The translations under genes were made by a program, and so were the position numbers. The notes beneath the pieces are model-generated. The model was not told the origin of the DNA. It saw only the letters and a program-made list of their open reading frames with translations, and ran no database searches. From Eledone cirrhosa (Eukaryota), in assembly GCA_964016885.1 (NCBI GenBank), contig OZ024742.1, positions 335,048,001 through 335,112,000 of the forward strand: a DNA stretch of 64,000 nt. Direction: 5' to 3'. Numbering within the stretch: the first letter of the stretch is position 1; each line of letters opens with the position of its first letter. Shown one piece after another: positions 49,901 through 61,427 of the stretch.

Positions 49901-51340
49901 TGGTATGGTATGGTGTGGTGTGGTGTGGTTTGGTATGGTATGTTGTGGTATGGTATGGTGTGGTATGGTATGGTATGGTGTGGTGTGGTATGGTGTGATG
50001 TGGTATGGTATGGTGTGGTATGGTATGGTGTGGTGTGGTATGGTGTGGTATGGTGTGGTATGGTGTGGTGTGGTATGGTATGGTATGGTGTGGTACGGTA
50101 TGTATGGTGTGGTATGGTATGGTGTGGTATGGTGTGGTGTGGTATGGTATGGTATGGTGTGGTGTGGTTTGGTGTGATATGGTATGGTGTGGTTTGGTGT
50201 GGTATGGTATGGTATAGTGTGGTGTGGTATGGTATAGTGTGGTGTGGTATGGTGTGGTATGGTGTGGTGTGGTATGGTATGGTGTGGTATAGTGTGGTAT
50301 GGTGTTGTGTGGTATGGTATGGTGTGGTATGGTGTGGTATGGTGTGGTGTGGTATGGTGTGATATGGTATGGTGTAGTATGGTATTGTGTGGTGTGGTGT
50401 GGTATGATCTGATGTGGTGTGGTGTGGTATGGTATGGTATGGTATGGTATGGTGTGGTGTGGTATGGTATGGTGTGGTATGGTGTGGTATGGTGTAGTGT
50501 GGTGTGGTGTGGTATGGTATGTTATTGTGTGGTATGGTGTGATATGGTGTGGTGTGGTATGGTATGGTGTGGTATGTTGTGGTATGGTGTGGTATGGCGT
50601 GGTGTGTTATGGCGTGATATGGTATGGTGTAGTATGGTGTTGTGTGGTGTGGTGTGATATGATCTGATGTGGTGTGGTGTGGTGTGACGTCGCATAGTGT
50701 GACGACGTAATGTGATGTGGGGTAGTACCCTGTGGTACATCATAACGTGGTGTGGTGTGATGTGTTATGTTGTAATACAGTGGTGTAGTGACGTATAGTT
50801 AGTGTGTTGAAATATATTGTATTGTGTCGTGGTGTTGTGTGATATAATATGGGGAGGTATGGTGTCGTGTTGTATAATATTGTTTCGAGTGGTGTGGTTT
50901 GGTGTGGTTTGGTAGTGTAGGGTGCAGCGTGGTCTGGTGTCATGTGATGTTGTATAATGTGGTATGGTGTGGTGTAGTGTGGTGTTGTACAGTATGGTAC
51001 CGAGTCGTGTCGTGTGGTAACGTGGAGTGTAGCGTGGTGTGGTGCCGTGTCGTGTAATAAACTGTGATGGGGTGTTTTGTGATGTAGTATGGGGTTGCGT
51101 GATGTAGTTAGTGTGGTGCTGTGTGGTATAGTGATGTGTTGTGTGTAGTATGATGGGATGGTGTATTGTGATATAACGTTGTACGGGTTGTGTGGTTTGG
51201 TGCGACGTAATATGATGTAACGTAGTATGTTGAATTGTGTGATGTTGTTAGGTAAGATACAGAATTCTGCGGTGTGTTTTGGTTTGGTGTGGTGGGATGT
51301 TATATAGTATGATGTAATGTGGTGTAGTGTGGTGTGATGA
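43901..51340 (+). repeat. Mixed (GGTGT)/(GGTAT) pentamer satellite, degenerating after ~50700
   Basis: 5-bp periodicity. All W/C/G/V/Y/M ORFs are translations of it. Confidence 0.96.
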
Positions 51341-51611
51341 TGGGGTTACCAAAGAAGTAGAAAAATATTGCCCGAAGCTAAAGCTGCTAAGAATATCTTC
51401 AGGAGCAGAGCTTAACGTCAACAATTTGCTTGCAGCTATGTTGCGATGTCCTCGCTGTAAAACTGTAAAGCCAGGAGGAGATAAGTACCACCGGATGGTG
51501 GAATTGATAAAAAATATATATTGGAAGAATTATCGGCCAGTTGGAAATGTCGAAGTATCGAAAAAATGTTTTGGTTAAGGCCGTTGATATCTCTCACACG
51601 CAGTCTACTAT

Positions 51612-51979
<368 letters not shown>

Positions 51980-52055
51980 GTGAGGGTTTTTTTACAAAAT
52001 GAAAAATAACCGAGGTGTCCTACACGAGTGAGAGTATAAAGAAAAAAAGATACCT

Positions 52056-53546
52056 TATAGACATACTACTAAACCAATTCTCAAACACATACCAAGCCTT
52101 GTAAGAGACGATCTGGACCTCTTAAACTACCTCCCCAAACATGTCAACAACGATACTATTATTGTGTCTTTCGATGTAGTGAATCCCTACACAACGATCC
52201 CACGCCTATACGGACTACAAGCAACAGGATTCTGGCTAGAGAAATATCCCAATGAGATACCTGGCAGAATAGAAAAAAGCTTCATCACCGAGGGATTAAA
52301 ATTTATCTTACAGAACTTTTATTTCGATGGCAGTACTTACAAGCGAATATCGAGGACTGCGATGGGTACAAAAGCCGCTCCGACTTATGCCAACTTAGTC
52401 ATGGCACACTTAGAAGTCCAGATTTATGATAAGTCCAAATCAAAATACGGATTGAACTTCCACAAATATTTATCAGAGAATTGGAATCGCTACTTGGATG
52501 ATTGTCTCATTCTTTGGTCCCACATACTCGACCAACTGAATGATTTCAAAAATTTAATAAACGGCATCAATAACCACATCCAATTCACAATGGAATACAG
52601 CCAAGATCAACTCCCATTTCTGGACATCTTAATCTTAAAAAAAGACACAAATATTGAAACTGACATACACTACAAACCAACAAATTCCAAACAATACCTG
52701 CTATTCACCTCCAACCATCCAAGGCACACGAAGACGAACATTCCTTTTAACCTAACAAGAAGAATTTGCACAATTGTCTCCAATTATGAAATGCGAAATA
52801 AAAGACTTCAAGAATTAAAGGAAATTCTACTCGAAAGATAGTACCCACCATTACTAATAAATAATGGAATAGAAAGGGCTAAAGTAATAGGCATTTATGA
52901 ATTACGTAAACGGAAACAAATTCAAATTACGTCCAATATTCTATCATATATCTCAACACATAACCCAAGAAATGCGAAAGCTTACAACACTATTCGCAAG
53001 AACATCCCACTACTAAAACAAGACCCAAGAATGAAAAAAGCCCTTGAAACACACAAAATAATCAAAAGCAAAAGACAACCTAAATCTCTGAAAACATTAC
53101 TCACCAATGCCAAATTACCTACCACAAACCCACAACCAACTGTCAAAAGATGTGGTCGCTCTAATTGTGGAACCTGCACTCACCTCATTGAAGGCAATGC
53201 GTATACATTTAAATCAGAACAAAATGTTGCTGTAAAAAATCACTTCACTTGCTCATCAAAAAATCCAATTTATGCCATTAAATGTAAAGGATGCAATAAA
53301 GATTATATAGGACAAACTAAACTTACACTCGGAAATAGAATGACAGTTCATCGCCAACAATTACGAGATCCAACCACGAGACAGATACCACTAAGCGCAT
53401 ATCTAGACAGTTGCGCAAGTAATAAGAAACCCAAATTCCAAGTCTTCCCATTTTACATTTGCGCTGACAATACAACAGAACAAATACGAATAAATAAGGA
53501 AAATATGTTTATTCAGAAATATAGACCAGCATTAAATATGGTTTAA
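52056..53546 (+). pseudogene. PLE reverse transcriptase / GIY-YIG endonuclease ORF (partial, one in-frame stop)
   Basis: RT motifs SFDVVNPYTTIP, TAMGTKAAPTYANL, WNRYLDD, LPFLDI, YKPT…YL…SNHP. ORFs 52164-52841 and 53031-53546 share a frame, split by TAG at 52839-52841. C-terminus CGRSNCGTC-H and NPIYAIKCKGCNKDYIGQT…R…H is a GIY-YIG domain with a Cys-rich linker. Confidence 0.93.
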
Positions 53547-53661
53547 TATACATTATGTCAACACCATAACATGATAACCATCCAAACAAATACATACACA
53601 CACACATAACACCTTCTACTTTAGAAAAATAGAATCCGAACTAAATAAACCTGAACATACG

Positions 53662-54050
53662 TTTGCGCTGACAATACAACAGAACAAATACAAATAAGTA
53701 AGGAAAATATCTTCATTCAAAAATATTCCTACTAACGGAATCATCCCCCCCCCCACACACACACTCACAAAATATATATTCTCTTCATCTTAACATGCTA
53801 ACCATACTCCCACACACACATAACACCCATACACACACACATAACAGCCCCACACACACAACTCCCTCCCCCATTTCTACTAATAGAATCACTTTCCTAC
53901 ACACACACACACACAAAATATATACATTCTCTCCATCTTAACATACACCCACACACACATAACACCCATATATACACACACACAACTCCCTCCCCCATTT
54001 CTACCAATAGGTTCATCTTCCTACACACACACACATACAAACACAGAAAT
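53662..54050 (+). repeat. Local duplications in PLE 3' region
   Basis: 53662-53726 repeats 53458-53522 (end of ORF), followed by 2-3 imperfect CA-rich units (…TTCTACTAATAGAATCA…CACACAC…ATTCTCTCCATCTTAACAT). Confidence 0.75.
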
Positions 54051-54175
54051 AAACATACATATGTCTACCTTCTTTATTTCAATAGAAAATCTGAACGCTG
54101 ACACCCCAGCGAACTAGCCATTTTCACTGAACCAGAATAATTCTCCCATCCCATTTCTCTTGACCATTCTTTTGC

Positions 54176-54785
54176 TTGTCATAAAATTCTCTAAATGGCT
54201 ACAAAAGAAATTCCCAAATACGGGCGCCGAACTTGTTCACGTGACAGTCATAATTTCATTTATAACCAATCAAATTGCATTTTTTTTAAAAAACCTTCGA
54301 GAGCCACTTTTTTTATTGTCATAAAATTATGTAAAAGGCTACAAAATAAATTCCCAAATACGAGCGCGTATTTTAATGAACTTGTTCACGTGACAAGCAT
54401 AATTTCATTTATAACCAATCAAATTACATTTTAAAAAAAAAAAAAAAAAAACCTTCGTGAGCCACTTTTTTATTGTCATAAAATTCTCTAAAAAGCTACA
54501 AAATAAATTCCCAAATACGGGCGCGAAATTTAATGAACTTGTTCACGTGATAACCATAATTTCATTTATAACCAATCAAATTGCATTTTTTTAAAAAAAG
54601 CCTTCAGAAGCCACTTTTTTAAAGTAAAAAGTAATTCAAACATTCATATATGAAAAAACAACCTAAGCCCCACCCCCCTTGTTTGAAGATTTTTGTAACG
54701 TGAACTGGCGCGAAATTTATTTTACTTATTGACCAACCAATCAAATTACTTCTCAAAAAACCTGGCGTTGCGAGCCACTTTTTTC
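54176..54785 (+). repeat. ~140-157-bp tandem repeat x3 plus a degenerate 4th copy, carrying promoter-like motifs
   Basis: Units begin TTGTCATAAAATT at 54176, 54316 and 54473. Each has (G/A)GCGC…, TCACGTGA and CCAATCA. Confidence 0.85.
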
Positions 54786-55217
54786 CATATAAAACAAGTA
54801 ACATTCAAAGACCAACCAGATGTGAGAAAAACCACAGACCCTCCATCTCAACTCTACTTTTGAAAAGCAGAACTGCGAAACCAGTAAAGGAACCAAATAA
54901 ATATATATATATATTTTTTTTAAATAAGACTCCAGTTGCATTTTCGATTTCATCTCTTTTTCTTTATATATATATATATAGTAATAATAATAAATTTGAA
55001 GACTAAAATCCAAAGAGGGCTCGACAAGGATAAATATATATCAAATATATAAGAACCGTAGAGCAAATATTTATTAAAATAACAGATTAAAGTTTAAGCT
55101 AAACGGGATCTTCAGAAGATCCCGTTAAGGGTGAAAGCAGCGAATCTGTTATTTATATATATATATATATAAAACAAAATAAATAAGTCAAATGTTTAAA
55201 ATTTGGCTTCGTTTATT

Positions 55218-55272
55218 ACTGCTATATATATTTCGGTGACAGCCATCTTTGGCTGTGACCTCTTCAGGCAGT
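55218..55272 (-). ncRNA. Minimal type I hammerhead ribozyme (intact core)
   Basis: The minus strand reads ACUGC-CUGAAGA-GGUCACAGCC-AAAGAU-GGCUGUCACC-GAAA-UAUAUA-UA-GCAGU. Stem I is ACUGC/GCAGU, with core CUGANGA and GAAA, stem II 9/10 bp, a palindromic stem III and an AUA cleavage triplet. Confidence 0.85.
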
Positions 55273-55503
55273 CCGAATTAGTGTGGTAGAGACGAGTTTA
55301 CCTGTTGTTGAGGTGTTGTTTAACTTTGACAATACTCTGATATGCCCAGTTCCTGGTTGGGTTGTTATTTCACTGAGGATATCATATGATTCCCGTTCCT
55401 CAGTGAAATAACAACCCAACCAGGAACTGGGCATATCAGAGTATTGACAAAGTTAAACAACACCTCAACAACAGGTGTACTCGTCTCTACCACACTAATT
55501 CGG

Positions 55504-55558
55504 ACTGCCTGAAGAGGTCACAGCCAAAGATGGCTGTCACCAAAATATATATAGCAGT
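55504..55558 (+). ncRNA. Minimal hammerhead ribozyme copy with mutated core (GAAA>AAAA at 55542)
   Basis: Same sequence as the minus-strand copy except that the G12 equivalent is A; predicted inactive. Confidence 0.75.
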
Positions 55559-55695
55559 AATAAACGAAGCCAAATGTTAAACATTTGACTTATTTATTTT
55601 ATTTTACATTACTCCGGAGTAACCCAACCAACCTGCGCACTTCGTCGAGTGCTCCAATCTGCATACTGAGGTGTTGGTATATAACCAACATATAC

Positions 55696-55697
<2 letters not shown>

Positions 55698-55760
<63 letters not shown>

Positions 55761-55763
55761 ATC

Positions 55764-55830
<67 letters not shown>
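55698..55830. repeat. (TA)n microsatellite
   Basis: Directly visible. Confidence 0.96.
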
Positions 55831-55836
<6 letters not shown>

Positions 55837-56024
55837 ACTGAGAAGAACTTATTTGAGAGAGTTAAAAGAATATAAAAGTACTGTTGTTTGGTTTGGTTTT
55901 TAATGCCTACGAGGCGTCTGTCCTGTTAAACAGGGGACTACAGAGTTAAGCAGCTGTTTGTCCACTTCTGACATAGAGGAATTAAAAGACCCTACCATCG
56001 GTGTAACACCTGCAGTAATAACAC

Positions 56025-56968
56025 TAATAGCTTCTATTAGGTCAGCAATATATTTTTTGGGGGGTGGGGGCTATATTGACTATAAGTTTATATTGATTAT
56101 ATTGACCCCAGTATTTGACTGGTACTTTATTTTATCGACCACAGAAGGATGAAAAGAAAAGTTGACCTCGGTTGGTTTTCAATTCACAATGTAAAGAGCT
56201 GGAACTGATGTCACAAAACATTTTATTCGACTCTATAATGATTCTGCTAATCGAACACCCTTGATTTCTAATTTAGGTACAAGGCTAGTAATTTGGGAGA
56301 TGGGAAAGTCGATTGAATAGATTCCAGTATTTGACTGATACTGTATTGTATTGACCCCAAAAGGATGAAAAGCAAAGTTGACCATGACAGTATTTGAACG
56401 CAGAAAGTAAAGAGCCAGAAATGTCTACTCCGTATTTGTTCGATACTCTAACGACCTTTTGGCATTAATAATAATAAAGGTTTCTTATTTAGACACAAGG
56501 CCAACACTTTTGAGGGAAGAGGAAGTCGATTAAATCGACTTCAGTATTTAACTGGTACTTTAATGTATCGAAAGACAATAGGTGAAGTTGATCTCGGTCT
56601 GATTTGGAGTCAGAAAGTAAAATAATTGTTTCTACTTCTGGCACAAGGCTAGCAATTATCCAGTGTATTACTGGTACTTTATTTTATCGACCCCGTAAGA
56701 ATGAAAGGCAAAGTTAATCTCGGCGGGATTTGAACTCAGAATGATAAGTGCCATAACTCTATGCGTCAAAGCATGGCGTCCGACCCTCTACCGATACTGC
56801 CAATTCACCGACAAGAACAATAATGATTTCTAGTATGGTCACAAGGCCAGTAATTTGGAAAGAGAGGAAAGTCGATTAAATCGACCCCAGTACGTTACTA
56901 GTGCTTTATTTTATCGACCCCGTAAGGATGAAAGGCAAATAATCCAAAGCATTACCAAATCACCGCCC
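56025..56968 (-). mobile_element. Five head-to-tail SINE family B copies
   Basis: Recurrent CAGTATTTGACTGGTACTTTATTTTATCGACC…GATGAAAGGCAAAGTT and variants at ~56110, 56325, 56542, 56670 and 56890. Confidence 0.85.
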
Positions 56969-56969
56969 T

Positions 56970-57190
56970 TCTACTTTGCTTATGTATTCTTGAGACGGCC
57001 ATGGAGATAGAGTCTTGAAACACGCCTTCCAGCGGATCCAGTTAGATGCAGTTGTCTCCAATTAATCCGATGGATCCCCAAGCGAGACTGGACGAGATCA
57101 TGGATGTTATCCAACCATTTTTCTCGGACTCTACCCAAGGGTCTCTTGCCGATTGGTTTTTGTCTGTAAAATCTCTCCAGCGATTCTTTC
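56970..57190 (-). mobile_element. RTE LINE extreme 3' coding fragment
   Basis: Translates KPIGKRPLGRVREKWLDNIHDLVQSRLGI, matching the RTE G-R-GRP---W C-terminal motif. Confidence 0.65.
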
Positions 57191-57861
57191 CTTAAACATT
57201 CTGACCATATGTCCATATTATAGGGGCTGAGATCTCTCAATGTGTAGAAGGGTGGGATTCGATCTTGGCACGTAAAAAGTATCTTATCCGCTAGTCTACT
57301 TATTTTGCTATCTATTGTACTGTTAGAATACATTTTCATTTTACTTGAAGGTTCTGAATATATTTAGTTTGTGGAGAATATCAATAAAATCAGATTTGTT
57401 AACTTTAATTTCTATATTGCTCTCCATGATTACAGCATGAAGTAAGTTAAAGAGACCTTCTGCATTAAAACATCTTCAATAATAATGTCTTGTAAGTAAG
57501 TCATAATTTCGTTATCAGTTTATAGAGGTGTAGCATATATTGAAAGGAAACAGAAATGTCTCTGTTAACTTCATTTTCAATCATGGCTGCTTCGTTATTC
57601 TTTAATTATATTATATGTTTACACGGTCCTATGCCAAAGTAATATGATTTTCTTATTATTAGAATCAGTTTTCACTTCATGCTTTCGCCATTTATTGAAA
57701 ATTCCGTAGTGGTTTCATTATGCCCAGTAAATACAGTTAACTACTGGGTCAGACTTGTGCATAAGCTGTATAATAATCAACATGTGTCAACCGAGCAATA
57801 TGTTATCGTTTGCAAGTATTCACAGTATATTTGACATTTTAGTGCATACTCTATTACAGTT

Positions 57862-58020
57862 AAGCGGCGAATTGGCAGAGTCGTTAGAACGTCGGATAGA
57901 ATGATTTATGGTATTTGTTCCGGCTCTCTACTCTCAGAGTTCAAATCCCGCCGAGGTCAACTTTGCCTTTCATCCTTTCGAGGTCGATAAAATAAGTACC
58001 AGTCTAGTACTGGGGTTGAT
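57862..58020 (+). mobile_element. SINE family B copy
   Basis: A-box TGGCAGAGTCG, B-box GAGTTCAAATCC, then GAGGTCAACTTTGCCTTTCATCCTTTCGAGGTCGATAAAATAAGTACCAG. Confidence 0.85.
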
Positions 58021-58664
58021 TCTTCCTCTATATCTATTTATCCTTTCCTCTCTCTCACTTTCTATGGAAGAAATCTGCTGTACTCAGGTATGGAGAGGGA
58101 TGGGCTCCGCCAGGCTTAAAATGCCCATGAAATGCTGTATGTCAATACGACGCCCCCACGACTCTATTAGCAGTTAGGGACCATACATACATTACGGTCA
58201 TTATATTTTTCCGAAATATTCTACTGGGAGGCAGCCAATCGTTGATTCTCTGTAAGAATTATGAATTATCCTATTGAAGCAAATGTATTTTTCTCCTTGT
58301 ATGAAGTCGTTTGTTAAGATTTGATAAGGATATTTTTAGTTTTGTTTTTTAAGGAGCCAAACTTTGAGATCAGTTACAGCCAATGGGAGGGATATTAATC
58401 AAGGTTTCACATAGAGGAAGCTATGACTGGAAGTTCAGGAGTGATAGATGACTATATTGATGGTGTACTATAGCTACCACTAAACTTTGACAATCGACAG
58501 CCAAGTGAGGTGACCATTACATCACTGTTGAAGACATAATATTATTAAGAACTGTTTCTTGATTTAGAGACATCATGTTTATTGAGAGAAAATCAGATTC
58601 TCACTGATTACATACAACTTTGTGTAGAACATAAATACCGTGATCTGTAAATTTATCTACAACT

Positions 58665-59230
58665 GAATCTAAAAGATTGACCCTCTATAAAGCTAAGCTA
58701 AGGTGGACAATAGAGTACTGCTCTCATATCTATGGCGGTGCTGCTGCCACACACAAACATTATAGGTCGCATCCAAAAAAGGCCACTTGGGTGATTAGCA
58801 TTGTGTCAATGAGAGAAATGTTCCAGCCTCTGGCCTACAAAGGTTTTCTCTCTCTCCCTCTCTCTCTATCTATCTATCCCCCTTCTCTCTCTCTCTTTCT
58901 CTCTCCCTCTCTCCCTCTCTATCTATCTATCTATCTACCCCCCCCCTTCTCTCTGTCTTCTCTATCATTACTAAAATGGTTTCTGCTCATCATCTTTTCT
59001 CCCCTCATCACCCATATTATGTTCAAAACCGTCCCTTTTCCCGGCCCCCGTGCTAACCAAAGCGACCAGTCCTCTCCCTCCAAAACGTCGTCCTTCAGGA
59101 ATTATGTCCTTGCACGTGTCTCTTCTGTGGGAGTCGGCCTGCAGTGGTTTAGACTAAACATCAACAGCGTCAATCTCATCAGTCTCAGGGCCCTGACAAA
59201 GGCCATCGATACAGCCCCTTCATCCAGATA
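58665..59230 (+). mobile_element. Decayed CR1/L2-group LINE 3' fragment interrupted by a (CT)n/(CTAT)n tract (58845-58965)
   Basis: TLYKAKLRWTIEYCSHIYGGA…RIQKRA (LYK---RP--EYCSH-W-G motif), with residual downstream similarity (…KTSSFRN…LQWFRLNIN). Confidence 0.7.
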
Positions 59231-59467
59231 TAGCAAGGAATAGAAAAACAACGTAAGGAGAAATATCACCATTGGAAATGATTGCCTCCATAAGAAAACC
59301 AATAATACAACCACAACTATCATCATCATCATCATCACCATCACAATAAATACCACGGCACTACATTAACACAGCCAACCAAAAACATTATCACAGTATG
59401 AACAATAAACATATGCGTCTGCATTACCAATAACAACTCGACTATCATCATCTGTGTCTTCACAACC

Positions 59468-60403
59468 TTTACCACAACTCCACCATTTTTAGATCTATAG
59501 TACCACCACTCCACCATTTTTAGATCTATAGTACCACCACTCCACCATTTTTAGATCTATAGTACCACCACTCCACCATTTCTAGATCTATAGTACCACC
59601 ACTCCACCATTTTTAGGTCTATAGTACCACCACTCCACCATTTTTACATCTAGAGTACCACCACTCCACCATGTTCAGATCTATAGTACCACCACTCCAC
59701 CATTTTTAGGTCTATAGTACCACCACTCCACCATTTTTACATCTAGCGTACCACCACTCCACCATTTTAGATCTATAGTATCTCCACTCCACCACTTTTA
59801 CATCTAGAGTACCACCACTCCACCACTTTTACATCTACAGTACCACCAATCCACCACTTTTACATCTACAGTACCACCACTCCACCACTTTTACATCTAC
59901 AGTACCTCCACTCCACCACTTTTACATCTACAGTACCTCCACTCCACCACTTTTACATCTACAGTACCACCACTCCACCACTTTTACATCTACAGTACCT
60001 CCACTCCACCACTTTTACATCTATAGTACCACCACTCCACCATTTTAGATCTATAGTACCACCACTCCACCACTTTTACATCTACAGTACCACCACTCCA
60101 CCACTTTTACATCTACAGTACCTCCACTCCACCACTTTTACATCTATAGTACCACCACTCCACCATTTTAGATCTATAGTACCACCACTCCACCACTTTT
60201 ACATCTACAGTACCACCACTCCACCACTTTTACATCTACAGTACCTCCACTCCACCACTTTTACATCTATAGTACCACCACTCCACCATTTTAGATCTAT
60301 AGTACCACCACTCCACCACTTTTACATCTACAGTACCACCACTCCACCACTTTTACATCTACAGTACCACCACTCCACCACTTTTACATCTACAGTACCA
60401 CCA
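59468..60403 (+). repeat. Minisatellite, 30-32-bp unit AGTACCACCACTCCACCA(C/T)TTTTA(G/C)ATCTA(T/C), ~30 copies
   Basis: Directly visible. Flanked by degenerate CA-rich tracts (59295-59465, 60405-60790). Confidence 0.95.
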
Positions 60404-61109
60404 CAATTTCAACAGCACCACTATCAAAAACAACAGCAACATTACCATTACGTTATCACATTGTCACCAAGACTGCCATGCCAATATCACCTGTATGATC
60501 ACACAAGTGCAAAACACCATCATACTATCATCAACTCACTACGCACTATCATCACACATCTTCCATTACACCATCAACGTTATCACTATCACATCTACCA
60601 CTAAAGTACATGAGAACTACCACAATCACTATCACTGGTTTAGATCAGAACTACCACCCCACAACAAGAATCACAACCAATACTAAACCGCCCCCACGAC
60701 TAGTACAATCACCACCATATTACCATATCTTCCAGTATCATTTGACTAGTATAACACTTTCACCGAAAACCCTATCACTACAATCTCCCCACTTGACATG
60801 GTAATATTTCTAATCCAACCATCCGGAAATTAAACCAAATCAGACATCTTTATTATTTATCGTTTATTATGAATTTCATATATTTTCAACATTAATCTTC
60901 TGGTTGGGCTTTGTTAAGTTAACCAAAAGACGGAAGTGGGGTCAGTTTTTATGATCTTTACAGGCTCGGTAAGATCGATACGACTGACAGATATTTTGAC
61001 TGTACTTCTGTAGACTACCGTCTCACGTGGGGGTATTATGGGAAACTAGAAAATTCCCAATGACTTAAGATTCGGGGAAGATAGTATTTGGGTATATAGA
61101 GATATATGT

Positions 61110-61425
61110 TATTAGGATGTTCCACTCGTGATCGTAAGGTTGTGAGTTCGATTCCCAGTGGCGCGTAATCTCCTTGAAGAAGACACTTTATTTGATCCAG
61201 TCAACTCAGCTGAGGAAAAGGAGTTGCGATGACACTGGTGCCAAGCTGTATCAGTCTTTGTCTTTTGCTTAGACCACACTGTTGGCATGGAGATGAGAAG
61301 GTGTCATGCATGCGCGACTACTGGTCTTTCACAGGAGATTTCATCCACGGAGAAGCAAACCTATGGTTATTAATAGGTGCAAAACTTATGGCCAGTAAAG
61401 ACCCAAGAATGCTCTTTCCTTTTTC
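61110..61425 (+). mobile_element. SINE with family A head/central domain and an alternative 3' body
   Basis: GATCGTAAGGTTGTGAGTTCGATTCC…TCCTTGAAGAAGACACTTTATTT…ACTCAGCTG, then a 3' part unlike that of 18355-18676. Confidence 0.6.
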
Positions 61426-61427
61426 TT

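Larger units (their letters stand above)
52050..55150 (+). mobile_element. Penelope-like retroelement (PLE, Neptune-like), 5'-truncated, with long 3' region
   Basis: RT plus GIY-YIG ORF followed by a repeat-rich 3' region. (TA)n on both flanks. The 3' boundary is approximate. Confidence 0.8.
55170..55606. repeat. Long inverted repeat (arms ~55170-55379 and ~55397-55606, 17-nt spacer), PLE pseudo-LTR-like
   Basis: The arms are reverse complements with only a handful of mismatches. (TA)n flanks at 55155-55170 and from ~55700. Confidence 0.95.

Noticed and set aside
40260-50943. Dozens of W/C/G/V/Y/M or H/T/P ORFs
   Set aside because: Translations of a 5-bp repeat, open in many frames simultaneously.
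55908-55925. TACGAGGCGTCTGTCC as the partner TIR of the mariner at 62230
   Set aside because: Needs a 2-nt gap, the similarity is short, and the 6-kb interior has no further transposase sequence that I can see.
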